Shown piece by piece: positions 27,544-35,642 of a stretch of 37,544 nucleotides of DNA; position 1 is the stretch's first letter, and every line of letters starts with the position of its first letter. The notes beneath the pieces were generated by a model. It saw only the letters and a list, made by a program, of their open reading frames with translations. It was not told the origin of the DNA and ran no database searches. Source of the DNA: Sulfurimonas sp. (GTDB lineage: Bacteria > Campylobacterota > Campylobacteria > Campylobacterales > Sulfurimonadaceae); contig NZ_JAVVFL010000001.1 in assembly GCF_032250635.1 (NCBI RefSeq), positions 1 to 37,544 of the forward strand. Direction: 5' to 3'. The position numbers and the translations under genes are program-made.

Positions 27544-28707
27544 CTATATGCCAGTTGAAGCAACAACAGCGATAACGCCATAGTCATTGCCATCAAAAAT
27601 ACTGTCTTTTAAAACGCCATCGTTCGCACTAGCCTCATACTTTGTCTTAGCAAAGCCATACACTCTGTCAATTCCAGCGTTCATACGTCTAGGGTCAGAT
27701 TTATCTACCCAATCATAATAGGCAACGCCTTGGTCAACAACGATATAACCGGCACCGGCACCAACTAAAAGATTTATCTCAGTCTCTTGGTCTGCAACAC
27801 CGCCCTTGTAAATGCCTAAGTCACTTGTCTTAACATTTCCAAAACCTACAAACTTAGAGCTTGAAGTAAGCACGCCCGACTGTCTTGCCGTATCTGTTTT
27901 AACGTCAAGTAAAAGTACGCCATCCCAAAAACCTAAAGCACCACTAAAGATAGGGTTTGATTTTCCACGTTCTAGCGCATCTTTTCTTGCAGCTTCCCAG
28001 TTTGGATCTGTCTTGATGTTTCTTGCCGAGTTTGTACCAACGAACATTACAAAATACTCAACTTCATCATAGTAGCCCATGTTCTCATTCTGAGTTGTTT
28101 TAACAGGGATAAGTGGAGGAACGCTCTCGCCCGCTGCATTTAATCCAAGAAGTGCGCGTCTCTTTGCCTCTTCAACATCTGTAGTTGTAAGCACATCTGC
28201 CTTAACCAAGTTTGCAGTAGTTGCATCAGCAGGGTGTCCACAAACAACAATATTGGTACAATCAGCGCTAAACGCACTAAATACAATCTTGTCGAACTTC
28301 ATAGTTCCCCAGTTGCTTAGTGAATCTTTTGAGCGAGACTTAAATGAGTCTGCATTTCTCTGATTGACTATACTCTGAGTTGATGGAACCGCATGTTGAA
28401 ATCTATCAATCTTGATAAATTGCTTGATGTTTTTAAGCTCTTCTCCACTTGCAGAAAAGTCAACATTGCCGACTGCTCCACTCTCGATGAGAGCATCTTC
28501 CATCTCAACGCCTACAATACTGCCGTGTTCGAGTGTCTTAAGAACACTTCTAATAATGCTTGTTGCATCGTTTTCGCTTGATGCGATAAACGGCTTCATC
28601 TTACTCTTTTTAGTAACCTCTTTGGTTACCGCCTTACTATACGCTACTCTTGTGTCAGCATCAGATAAAAAATCTCCCGCAGACAAACCACCAAAAACTT
28701 CTGCCAT
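27544..28707 (-). CDS. major capsid protein, N4-gp56/DUF4043 family
   Basis: IDRFQHAV, WEAARKDALERGKSNPIFSGALGFWDGV and C-terminal DYGVIAV; AAGGA RBS. Confidence 0.85.
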   Translation of the reverse strand: MAEVFGGLSAGDFLSDADTRVAYSKAVTKEVTKKSKMKPFIASSENDATSIIRSVLKTLEHGSIVGVEMEDALIESGAVGNVDFSASGEELKNIKQFIKIDRFQHAVPSTQSIVNQRNADSFKSRSKDSLSNWGTMKFDKIVFSAFSADCTNIVVCGHPADATTANLVKADVLTTTDVEEAKRRALLGLNAAGESVPPLIPVKTTQNENMGYYDEVEYFVMFVGTNSARNIKTDPNWEAARKDALERGKSNPIFSGALGFWDGVLLLDVKTDTARQSGVLTSSSKFVGFGNVKTSDLGIYKGGVADQETEINLLVGAGAGYIVVDQGVAYYDWVDKSDPRRMNAGIDRVYGFAKTKYEASANDGVLKDSIFDGNDYGVIAVVASTGI

Positions 28708-28757
28708 AACTATTCCTTTATTTTTGTTGTGTGTTTTAAAGACACTTCTAACTTTTG

Positions 28758-28823
28758 CCTACCCTAGAGTAAGTAGCAAAGCGACGCTTAGGGTTGGCTC
28801 TTTGCTACTTACTTTAGGGTAGG
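28758..28823. repeat. 24-bp inverted repeat (one mismatch) in the capsid-gene leader
   Basis: cctaccctagagtaagtagcaaag (28758-28781), 18-nt loop, ctttgctacttactttagggtagg (28800-28823). Confidence 0.9.
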
Positions 28824-28838
28824 TCTACTACCCTAGAC

Positions 28839-29051
28839 TCACGAAAGCCCTAAAGCTTTTTGTAAATCCCCCTCTGCCACCGAATCCAAAGAGGCTTGTT
28901 CTTCTTTTCTTTGTTTAATTAACTCTTGCACATCCGCCAAACGCTCTTTGTCTTTAAAGACCGCGATGGCTCTTTGAACTGCACGCATATCTTCCTTTAT
29001 GTCCCACTCGTCTCTCTTCATTTCGCTTTTTGCTTGTTCTAGCATATCCAT
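28839..29051 (-). CDS. small helical phage protein ending in LQKALGLS
   Basis: 70 aa, charged and helical, between the scaffold and capsid genes. Confidence 0.65.
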   Translation of the reverse strand: MDMLEQAKSEMKRDEWDIKEDMRAVQRAIAVFKDKERLADVQELIKQRKEEQASLDSVAEGDLQKALGLS

Positions 29052-29066
29052 TCCTATGTTTTAAAT

Positions 29067-29825
29067 TTACAGCCCTAAAGCTTGTTTAAGCTGGTCATCA
29101 TGCGATGTCAAACCGTTATCAATGCTACTGTTATTTACAGTTTGTTTTCTAACATTGTTAACATTTGGTATGTTTGGAACAGTTGTGGTGTGAATATTGG
29201 ACGGATTTGTGACAATATATTTCTTGTAAGCATTTTCGTAAACATCTTGGTAGCTCTTGGATGCTTGTACAATCTTGTCTTGCTCACTCTTGCTAAGCTC
29301 GTTCATGTAGAAATTCAAAACTTTTTCATGGTTGTAGTCTGGGTACTTTGCAGTTACATCTGTAATTGCGCCCTGTCTCTCATAAACTAACTCAAGCTCT
29401 TTTTTTTGAGACTTTAGGTTTTGAACATCCTCTTTTTTGGAGTGCTTCTCTTCATACTCTTTTGCTTTTTTGCTCACAAGTTTCATGTAGGCGCTCTTAT
29501 CGCTAAACTCTAAGCCTTGCTCCTCTTCACTCAACTCATTTTCCAAGTTGTCATAAAAAGCAGTTGCATCTACAACGGTGGACTCGAGAGCTTCTATCTG
29601 TAAATCAATCTTTGCAATCTCTTTATTTATACCTATTTGCTCTTGCGTAACAAGAGTGGCAGTTGATGGAGTAGCTTCTGGAACCTTCTGCTCTTCTTTT
29701 TGTTCTGAGGGGTCAGATGACGCTACCTCTTTAGTAGGTGTTTCCTCTGTTTCAATAGTCTCATCTTTAAGTCCAAGTGCATCTTCCATAAAATCTGCTA
29801 CGTCCTCTTTATGTTCTTTTCCCAT
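29067..29825 (-). CDS. putative capsid scaffolding protein
   Basis: Acidic disordered N-terminus, coiled coils and a KYPDY motif; upstream of the capsid gene. Confidence 0.7.
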   Translation of the reverse strand: MGKEHKEDVADFMEDALGLKDETIETEETPTKEVASSDPSEQKEEQKVPEATPSTATLVTQEQIGINKEIAKIDLQIEALESTVVDATAFYDNLENELSEEEQGLEFSDKSAYMKLVSKKAKEYEEKHSKKEDVQNLKSQKKELELVYERQGAITDVTAKYPDYNHEKVLNFYMNELSKSEQDKIVQASKSYQDVYENAYKKYIVTNPSNIHTTTVPNIPNVNNVRKQTVNNSSIDNGLTSHDDQLKQALGL

Positions 29826-29862
29826 TTGTGCGTCCTTTAGTTTTTCATTATATTTAGTGGGT

Positions 29863-29897
29863 ATTGTATAGAGAAAAAAAGGCTTAAGTGGGTTGTT
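29863..29897 (-). promoter_or_regulatory. phage late promoter, copy 2 (upstream of scaffold/capsid)
   Basis: AACAACCCACTTAAGC-N13(T-rich)-TACAAT on the minus strand. Confidence 0.7.
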
Positions 29898-29934
29898 TAA
29901 ATCGCATTTTTAATTTTATAAGATACTTTGAGGG

Positions 29935-31014
29935 TTAAAAGATACTAAAGTTCTCTTCGCCCGCCAGCTCTCCAAACATCTGTTGCCGCTCGGGGTTTAT
30001 ATGTGAGAGAATCATATCATCGGATCTGTTTGTATCCATAAGACCTAAGAAGCGCACCGTATTAAGATTACCCACCACGCTAAAGGCAACATCTCCGGCA
30101 CGAGGAGCATCATATAAATCTCCGCCCGCCATCCATCTGTTCATCTCATCTGTGGTGTTTAGCGTCATATAGCTTTTTATATCTTGTTTTGCGGTAGCAG
30201 TGTAATCATAACCATCGGGCTGCGGCACATAATAAAAATCCCACTTCCAGTTGTCAACCTTATGTGATGTAATATCGCTAATAAAGTCTTTTTTTTCTTT
30301 ATCATACTTTACTGTCAGGTCTTCTAGTTGTGATTTTGCTTCGGCGAGCTGCTCCTCTAGCTCTTTAATCCTTGCAGTATTGTCTGTGTCATCAATGCGG
30401 TCATAGTTTTGAGACAAATCATCCTGAAGTGAAAGCTGCTCTATTTCATACTCTAAAGAGCCGATAGTCTGTGTTGTATCATCAATAGCAGCAGTATCCC
30501 CAAACACATCTCTATCATAGTATTTGTCTATCGTATTGGCAAAATCATCAATTTGTACCTGCAACTCCCCAAGCTGCGATTCTGTGATTTGTGAGGACTC
30601 AGTAGTTTGTGCTGTAGTCACGGCTGTTTCAAACTGCGAGTAAGCTGGATTGTCGGAGTATATTTTTGTTGAGATAGTTCCGACATAGATACGGCGCAAA
30701 TAGGAAAAGTTTCCGTTACTGTCATAAACAGGAACATGTCTATAAACGTCTGTGTATTTTGTGGAGGTGTGTATTGTTTGGTCGTATGGATTTTCTACAT
30801 TTGCAATATTGCCACCAAACTCTCCAAGGAGGATATCATCAGTGAATACATTTGTTTGAACGGTATTGCCTGTTGGTACATAAACAGAGCCTCCTGACTC
30901 CTCTGGATTACCCGCAACCCCAGTTCCCCCTCCTGTTCCACCGAATGTATTATCGGCAAAACTAAAAAGTGTATCTGCAGAGGTGCTCCCAGTGTACCCA
31001 ATGCTTCCACTCAT
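29935..31014 (-). CDS. phage hypothetical protein, probably structural
   Basis: 359 aa; Gly/Thr-rich N-terminus and an acidic coiled-coil middle. Confidence 0.6.
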   Translation of the reverse strand: MSGSIGYTGSTSADTLFSFADNTFGGTGGGTGVAGNPEESGGSVYVPTGNTVQTNVFTDDILLGEFGGNIANVENPYDQTIHTSTKYTDVYRHVPVYDSNGNFSYLRRIYVGTISTKIYSDNPAYSQFETAVTTAQTTESSQITESQLGELQVQIDDFANTIDKYYDRDVFGDTAAIDDTTQTIGSLEYEIEQLSLQDDLSQNYDRIDDTDNTARIKELEEQLAEAKSQLEDLTVKYDKEKKDFISDITSHKVDNWKWDFYYVPQPDGYDYTATAKQDIKSYMTLNTTDEMNRWMAGGDLYDAPRAGDVAFSVVGNLNTVRFLGLMDTNRSDDMILSHINPERQQMFGELAGEENFSIF

Positions 31015-31016
31015 GC

Positions 31017-31808
31017 TTACAACTTAGTTATTGTAGTAGATGTAGGAACAGTGGCATTCGTATTAAGCGCATTTATCATAGCAAATAGAGTGGTCCACAT
31101 ATCAGAACTAATAACCAATCCGCCGGCTCCCATTGTTCCAACCATATCTGCATAGCTGTCAAGCGCTTTAATGTTGTTATTAAACTCAACAGAGCGTCCA
31201 AGCTCAAGTGTCTGTTTCTCAACAAAGAGCGTGTCTACGATAAGCTTTAAAGCCTGCTTGTCAAGTAGAACTCCCTGCTTTGTTTTGTTGATGATGTCAG
31301 CCGCAGAGTTTGCATTTCGCACTGCTGTTGTAGAGACAATATCAAGCGCTTTTTTAAGCTCGGTGGCTTGTTGCGCAGTAAGCATGCTGATTTGCTCATC
31401 TTTAAGAAGTAAATCTTTTGCATTCTGCAAGTCTCTCACCGTTGTAGTAGAAACAATATCAAGCGCTTTTTTAAGCTCGGTGGCTTGTTGCGCAGTAAGC
31501 ATGCTGATTTGCTCATCTTTAAGAAGTAAATCTTTTGCATTCTGCAAGTCTCTCACCGTTGTAGTAGAAACAATATCAAGCGCTTTTTTAAGCTCGGTGG
31601 CTATTTGTGCCTGAACTAGTGCATTTGCGTTAATTGCCTGATATGCGCGTACGCTGTTTTCCATTGATGATTTTATTATCTCTGACATTATTGCAGAGAA
31701 GTGCTCATCCTCCATCTGCATTGATGCCTGTGTGTCATTAAGCTCTTTTAGGCTTTTACTTAAGAAAGTATCATAAATTGTTGATAGGTCTTCTGTATCT
31801 ATTGCCAT
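31017..31808 (-). CDS. helical phage structural protein with a 39-aa tandem repeat
   Basis: 263 aa; ATELKKALDIVSTTTVRDLQNAKDLLLKDEQISMLTAQQ occurs twice, plus a partial third copy. Confidence 0.65.
   Translation of the reverse strand: MAIDTEDLSTIYDTFLSKSLKELNDTQASMQMEDEHFSAIMSEIIKSSMENSVRAYQAINANALVQAQIATELKKALDIVSTTTVRDLQNAKDLLLKDEQISMLTAQQATELKKALDIVSTTTVRDLQNAKDLLLKDEQISMLTAQQATELKKALDIVSTTAVRNANSAADIINKTKQGVLLDKQALKLIVDTLFVEKQTLELGRSVEFNNNIKALDSYADMVGTMGAGGLVISSDMWTTLFAMINALNTNATVPTSTTITKL
31336..31602. repeat. 117-bp perfect tandem repeat, about 2.3 copies
   Basis: Units start at 31336, 31453 and 31570; the first two are identical at the nucleotide level. Confidence 0.95.
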
Positions 31809-32242
31809 TAGTTCACTCCTGTTGTGGTTTTGGTTGTACTTGTCTCTGTTCCTGAGCCATCGGCTGTATCTGCTATGGTCGCGTCTTCATAACTATGTTT
31901 ATGAGTAGTGTACGCCTCTGTTGTAAGCACTCCTGCTACATCAAAAGCAAGTGAAAAGAGAGTGGAGAGCGCACCAATCTTAGCGTCAATAACTGCCAGA
32001 GCCTCTGCATTTGCAGTTATCGCTGTGTTGAGTGTGGCGATGCTCTCGTTTATAGCAACGATAGCGTTTGCGTTTGCAGTGATGCCTTCGTTAAGAGTTG
32101 CGATATCGTTTGCATTTGCCGCAATATCTTCATTAAGAGTTCCAATAGTCGTGTTGTTTAAGATGTCTATTAAAGCCTCCAGCTCTCTCGCTTTTGTAAT
32201 CGCAACTGCTCCGAGGTTGTTGCTTTTCTTTGAGTTCATCAC
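31808..32242 (-). CDS. trimeric coiled-coil protein with C-terminal HxH motif (tail needle/spike-like)
   Basis: Heptads IAANAND-IATLNEG-ITANANA-IVAINES-IATLNTA-ITANAEA, then YTTHKHSY. Confidence 0.55.
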   Translation of the reverse strand: MMNSKKSNNLGAVAITKARELEALIDILNNTTIGTLNEDIAANANDIATLNEGITANANAIVAINESIATLNTAITANAEALAVIDAKIGALSTLFSLAFDVAGVLTTEAYTTHKHSYEDATIADTADGSGTETSTTKTTTGVN

Positions 32243-32243
32243 T

Positions 32244-32636
32244 CTACCCCCTCATCATCTGCGATAACTTCATCGCTCTATTTGGAGTTTGCTCCGCCCA
32301 TCTGCTGTCTAGCATCTGAACGCTTGCCGCTTCGTAGTCAAACTCTTTTAAAGCAGCCCACATCTTCTTAAACTTTAAAACTCCGTTCACTCCCATCTGA
32401 TAACACATCTCCGCAAGTATCTCCTGCTTTTCAAGAGGGAGTTTGTTTACAAACGGCTCTTTTGTTTCAAGCTCTTTTATCTTCGCTTTGAGGCGATACT
32501 CTAAGATAAGCGCCGCCTCTTCTTTGACAAGAGGCAGTTTTGTGCCATAGCCTATAGTGTCAAAGCCGAGAGTGTCTTTGTAAACAGTTCCGACAAACCC
32601 CTCATTTTTCATAATCTCTTCAATAAGCTTTTTCAT
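32244..32636 (-). CDS. endolysin, T4-like phage lysozyme
   Basis: Catalytic E-x8-D-x5-T pattern (NEGFVGTVYKDTLGFDTIGYG) and MLDSRWAEQTPNRA. Confidence 0.92.
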   Translation of the reverse strand: MKKLIEEIMKNEGFVGTVYKDTLGFDTIGYGTKLPLVKEEAALILEYRLKAKIKELETKEPFVNKLPLEKQEILAEMCYQMGVNGVLKFKKMWAALKEFDYEAASVQMLDSRWAEQTPNRAMKLSQMMRG

Positions 32637-32881
32637 TTACACCCCTCTATTGATTTTCTAAGTTCCATGATGCACTTAAGCGATTGGTCTTGCTTCTCTA
32701 TCGGTGTGCCTCTCAACTCTCCGCACTTTACCTCTTCTGTTTTGCATGGAGCATAAACAGGGTATGGAGTAGGCTTGTCTATGTAGACCTTTGTCTCTAT
32801 GGGCGTACACTCTTGCTTATTACTGCATGCTGTCAAGGCTAAAGCCATCAAGGCTATCAAAGTAAGTTTTAATATCTTCAC
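32633..32881 (-). CDS. o-spanin (Rz1-like lipoprotein)
   Basis: GTG start with AGGAG RBS, lipobox LALTAC, Pro/Cys-rich; overlaps the 3' end of the i-spanin gene. Confidence 0.75.
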   Translation of the reverse strand: MKILKLTLIALMALALTACSNKQECTPIETKVYIDKPTPYPVYAPCKTEEVKCGELRGTPIEKQDQSLKCIMELRKSIEGCK

Positions 32882-33248
32882 AATTGCTCCTATATATGAT
32901 TGTTTGAGACGGTAGATGTCTCTCTATGTTTTGGTACTTCTTTGCATCAGCGCGCCATTTTGTAAGTTCTTTTTGAGATTGCTTGTACTTCTCACCGTGC
33001 AGTTCTATAGTGCGCGACTGTTCTAAGAGCGCGGCTTGATATCGCTCTGACTCTAGTTGCGTGGTTAACATCTTCTTTTGCGCATCTTCCATTTTTCTCT
33101 CAAGCTGCGAGATACTTACATCTCTTGAACTGATCTCATCTTTGAGCGACTCCATGTGTGCGTAACACTTGTAGCCGACTCCCGCAAGTGCCGCCGCTAC
33201 GATTAGCAGCGCATATATTCTCATCGCTATTATTGACATACTATCCAT
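32820..33248 (-). CDS. i-spanin (Rz-like)
   Basis: N-terminal TM helix, long coiled coil and a late Cys. Confidence 0.72.
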   Translation of the reverse strand: MDSMSIIAMRIYALLIVAAALAGVGYKCYAHMESLKDEISSRDVSISQLERKMEDAQKKMLTTQLESERYQAALLEQSRTIELHGEKYKQSQKELTKWRADAKKYQNIERHLPSQTIIYRSNCEDIKTYFDSLDGFSLDSMQ

Positions 33249-33720
33249 CCTCGCTGTATCGTATAAGTACGTTTCGTATTCGCTTGCCTATCATCGCCAC
33301 AACGTCATACTCAGGCAGTTCATCTTTTGTGCGTATGCTGTAAATGTTTCCTATGATTGAGTAGATCTCGCTTAACACAAGTATGTTTATCCCAACCATC
33401 AAAACGGTTTTGAAGTCTGCTCCAACCGCTTTCGCCCCGATAGCCAAAACTATAGGTATAAGAAGCAGCGAAAGCTTAGAGAGTACGCCGTACTTCATCT
33501 TGTTACTCGTTATGCTGTGTCCTAGTCTGTAGGCTTTTGCTACTCCTGTAGTGTAGTCTATGATGAGCAGCACACTAAAGAGAAAGAACGACTCGCCGCT
33601 TAAACCTAAGTACGTTAGCATTCCACCTAGGCACACCGTAAAAAAATTGAACACGACCTTTGCATACACGCTCGCCGTTACACTCTCTGCTATCATCTCA
33701 CTCTCCCAAACTTTTTTCAC
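33241..33720 (-). CDS. phage holin (toxin secretion/phage lysis holin family)
   Basis: LLIIDYTTGVAKA...SNKMKYGVLSK...SEIYSIIGN motifs and about 3 TM helices. Confidence 0.85.
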   Translation of the reverse strand: MKKVWESEMIAESVTASVYAKVVFNFFTVCLGGMLTYLGLSGESFFLFSVLLIIDYTTGVAKAYRLGHSITSNKMKYGVLSKLSLLLIPIVLAIGAKAVGADFKTVLMVGINILVLSEIYSIIGNIYSIRTKDELPEYDVVAMIGKRIRNVLIRYSEDG

Positions 33721-33949
33721 AATGATTTTGCTCTAATCTCTTTAACAAGCAGCACACCATATCATCAAACCATGTAGCTCTACCACCCTGCTGTCTGCGA
33801 TGTATGTGAGAGCTTATCGTCTCATCTTGCGAGCCGTTCCAAAATAAGACATTGACCATCTGGTCTAGCACTAAGAGAAATCGCATCGCGCGGCTTCTTT
33901 TTTTTGCATCGTTATCAAACTTTGCATAGAGCTCATCCTGTGTCATCAC
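33698..33949 (-). CDS. small phage hypothetical protein
   Basis: LDQMVNVLFWNGSQDETISS...C..L...EQNHC pattern, which I recognise from small genes near phage tail/lysis modules. Confidence 0.6.
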   Translation of the reverse strand: MMTQDELYAKFDNDAKKRSRAMRFLLVLDQMVNVLFWNGSQDETISSHIHRRQQGGRATWFDDMVCCLLKRLEQNHCEKSLGE

Positions 33950-33955
33950 ACTATC

Positions 33956-34375
33956 CTACACAAAGAAGCTGTTGCGCTTCTCTACAAACCACATGGCAAA
34001 TGCCGCGAACTCTGTTGATGCTATTGGCATTATGGTTCCGTTTGTAAAGTGAATATTTGTGCTTAAGACACCCATATCAAACGCGGCTTTTACCTGCAGC
34101 AATCCGTCCGCATCATCTTTCATAAAAGGAACCTGATACTCAACTCCGCCTAGTGTGTATAGCTCGCCGTTGGTTTTATGGTCGGCTATTGCCTTTGCTG
34201 TTTGTGCATCAGCAAGTTCATTCTGCTGTGCAGCAATCGCCAACTCTACCGCCGCCGCTGCAACTACGCTCTTGTTGCTCAAAAGCACATAGTTATCTCC
34301 GCTCATCACAACCGGCTCTCCAAGTTGCTCACTTAAAATGTCCACTAAAGGACGTGCTGTAATCTCATCTTGCAT
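33956..34375 (-). CDS. putative tail-fibre assembly/accessory protein (DUF4376-like)
   Basis: 139 aa; AGGAG RBS lies inside the RT 3' end; YTLGGVEYQV...TNIHFTNGT...EFAAFAMWFVEKRNSFF. Confidence 0.5.
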   Translation of the reverse strand: MQDEITARPLVDILSEQLGEPVVMSGDNYVLLSNKSVVAAAAVELAIAAQQNELADAQTAKAIADHKTNGELYTLGGVEYQVPFMKDDADGLLQVKAAFDMGVLSTNIHFTNGTIMPIASTEFAAFAMWFVEKRNSFFV

Positions 34376-35358
34376 GTGTGTAATTCTCCTCTTAGTAAAT
34401 TTAGCAAGTTGTAGCTATCCGCTTTTATAGCGTGTCCGAGCCAGCTGCCTAAAAACTTAAAAAGCTTTGCGAATAGCTCTAACTTCAAAAACTTCTTTAT
34501 AGCTCTTCTTGCTCTAGTAACACTCGCTTTGCGAAGTAGTTTAAACCCGGACTTTATCCTCATACCCAAAAAGTTTATAAACTGAACGTCCGCTTTTTGG
34601 ATGAACCATTTAGAAAATTTCAACTTCATAAAAATAGCTATGAACTTCTCTAAAATCTTTTGTACTCTCACTAGATACTCTTTGCTATGACTAAATATCA
34701 AAGTGTCGTCCATATATCTGTAGTAGTACTTTACGCCAAGCTTTACTTTTATAAACGTGTCAAACACATGACCGTAGAGATTTGCAAACAGTTGACTGAG
34801 CAAGTTGCCTATCATAATCCCCTGAGCGCATATAAACTTAAAAATGAGTCTTAAAGACTTTTTGTCAGTTATCTTTTTTTCCACTTTCTCTTTGAGCAGT
34901 TTGGAATTGACACTGTGAAAATAGCCTTTAAAATCCATCTTCAAAAAGTAAACCTCGCCTTGCTTCTTCATCTTTCTTAGCTGAGATTGAACCTTGTTTA
35001 TGCCTTTGTGCGTGCCTTTGTCTTTTCTGCAAGCATACGAAGTGCTGTAAAATGTCTTCTCAAAGATAGGCTCTATCACATTGTTTATAGCGTGTTGTGC
35101 CACTCTGTCGCGAAATGGCAAGCTGTTTATGATGCGCGTTTTAGGCTCATGAACAGTAAAGTTAAAATACTTGCCGATGTTATATGTCTCTTTTATCATC
35201 TGTTGTTGCAAGATGTATAGATTTGCCTCTAAATTTTCTTTAAATATCAAGTGACCGTTTGAGTATCTATTTCCACCTCTTGTGGCTTTTTTATAGGCAT
35301 CTCTTAAGTTGTCGATATCTACGATTTTATGAAACAAGTTTCTGTACTTTTTGCCCAC
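34345..35358 (-). CDS. brt: DGR reverse transcriptase
   Basis: GTG start; MGKKYRNLF N-terminus resembling Bordetella Brt; EPKTRII..LPFRDRVAQHA, SYACRKDKGTH, KMDFKGYFHSV, GIMIGNLLSQLFANLY, YRYMDD and NFLG motifs. No intron maturase/endonuclease extension. Confidence 0.95.
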   Translation of the reverse strand: MGKKYRNLFHKIVDIDNLRDAYKKATRGGNRYSNGHLIFKENLEANLYILQQQMIKETYNIGKYFNFTVHEPKTRIINSLPFRDRVAQHAINNVIEPIFEKTFYSTSYACRKDKGTHKGINKVQSQLRKMKKQGEVYFLKMDFKGYFHSVNSKLLKEKVEKKITDKKSLRLIFKFICAQGIMIGNLLSQLFANLYGHVFDTFIKVKLGVKYYYRYMDDTLIFSHSKEYLVRVQKILEKFIAIFMKLKFSKWFIQKADVQFINFLGMRIKSGFKLLRKASVTRARRAIKKFLKLELFAKLFKFLGSWLGHAIKADSYNLLNLLRGELHTCKMRLQHVL

Positions 35359-35522
35359 AACTCTTACCTTTTTTATGTTTTTGCTGTCTTCTAGTTTCGA
35401 TGTTTCACTACTCTTAGTTTTACAGACCCATTACTTTGTTTGCATTACGCAGGACAGATAAGCTGACTATCTTTAGTCGCACTACACAACCCTTAAGTTG
35501 CATAAGTGTTATAAGTAAATAC

Positions 35523-35638
35523 TCACAAGCGAAACGAGAACCAATATTCCAATTCGAATTCCAAACATAGTTGTTCCAATTCGAGGCGCGCGAACCGGCA
35601 TTGACGCCATTCGTGCGATTCCCGCCCAATATCACCGC
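35523..35638 (-). repeat. DGR template repeat (TR)
   Basis: 116 bp with nine AAY codons and 24 adenines; aligns without gaps to 36016-36131. Confidence 0.96.
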
Positions 35639-35642
35639 TTTC

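Noticed and set aside
28758-28823. Intrinsic terminator
   Set aside because: No U-tract follows the stem on either strand, and it lies directly upstream of a gene expected to be highly expressed.
25858-29407. 8-nt A/T homopolymers as phase-variation tracts
   Set aside because: They are short Lys-codon runs in AT-rich DNA with intact frames; Campylobacterota phase variation typically uses longer poly-G/C tracts.
31336-31602. Possible CRISPR array or second TR/VR pair
   Set aside because: The units are contiguous, identical and in frame, with no spacers and no adenine-biased mismatches.
34345-35358. RT as a group II intron, retron or Abi RT
   Set aside because: It has no maturase/endonuclease extension, and an adjacent avd plus TR/VR pair explains it fully.
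35420-35635. 71-aa ORF resembling the fibre C-terminus
   Set aside because: It is the TR read in the VR frame (Asn-rich from AAY codons). TRs function as RNA, so this is not counted as a second target gene.
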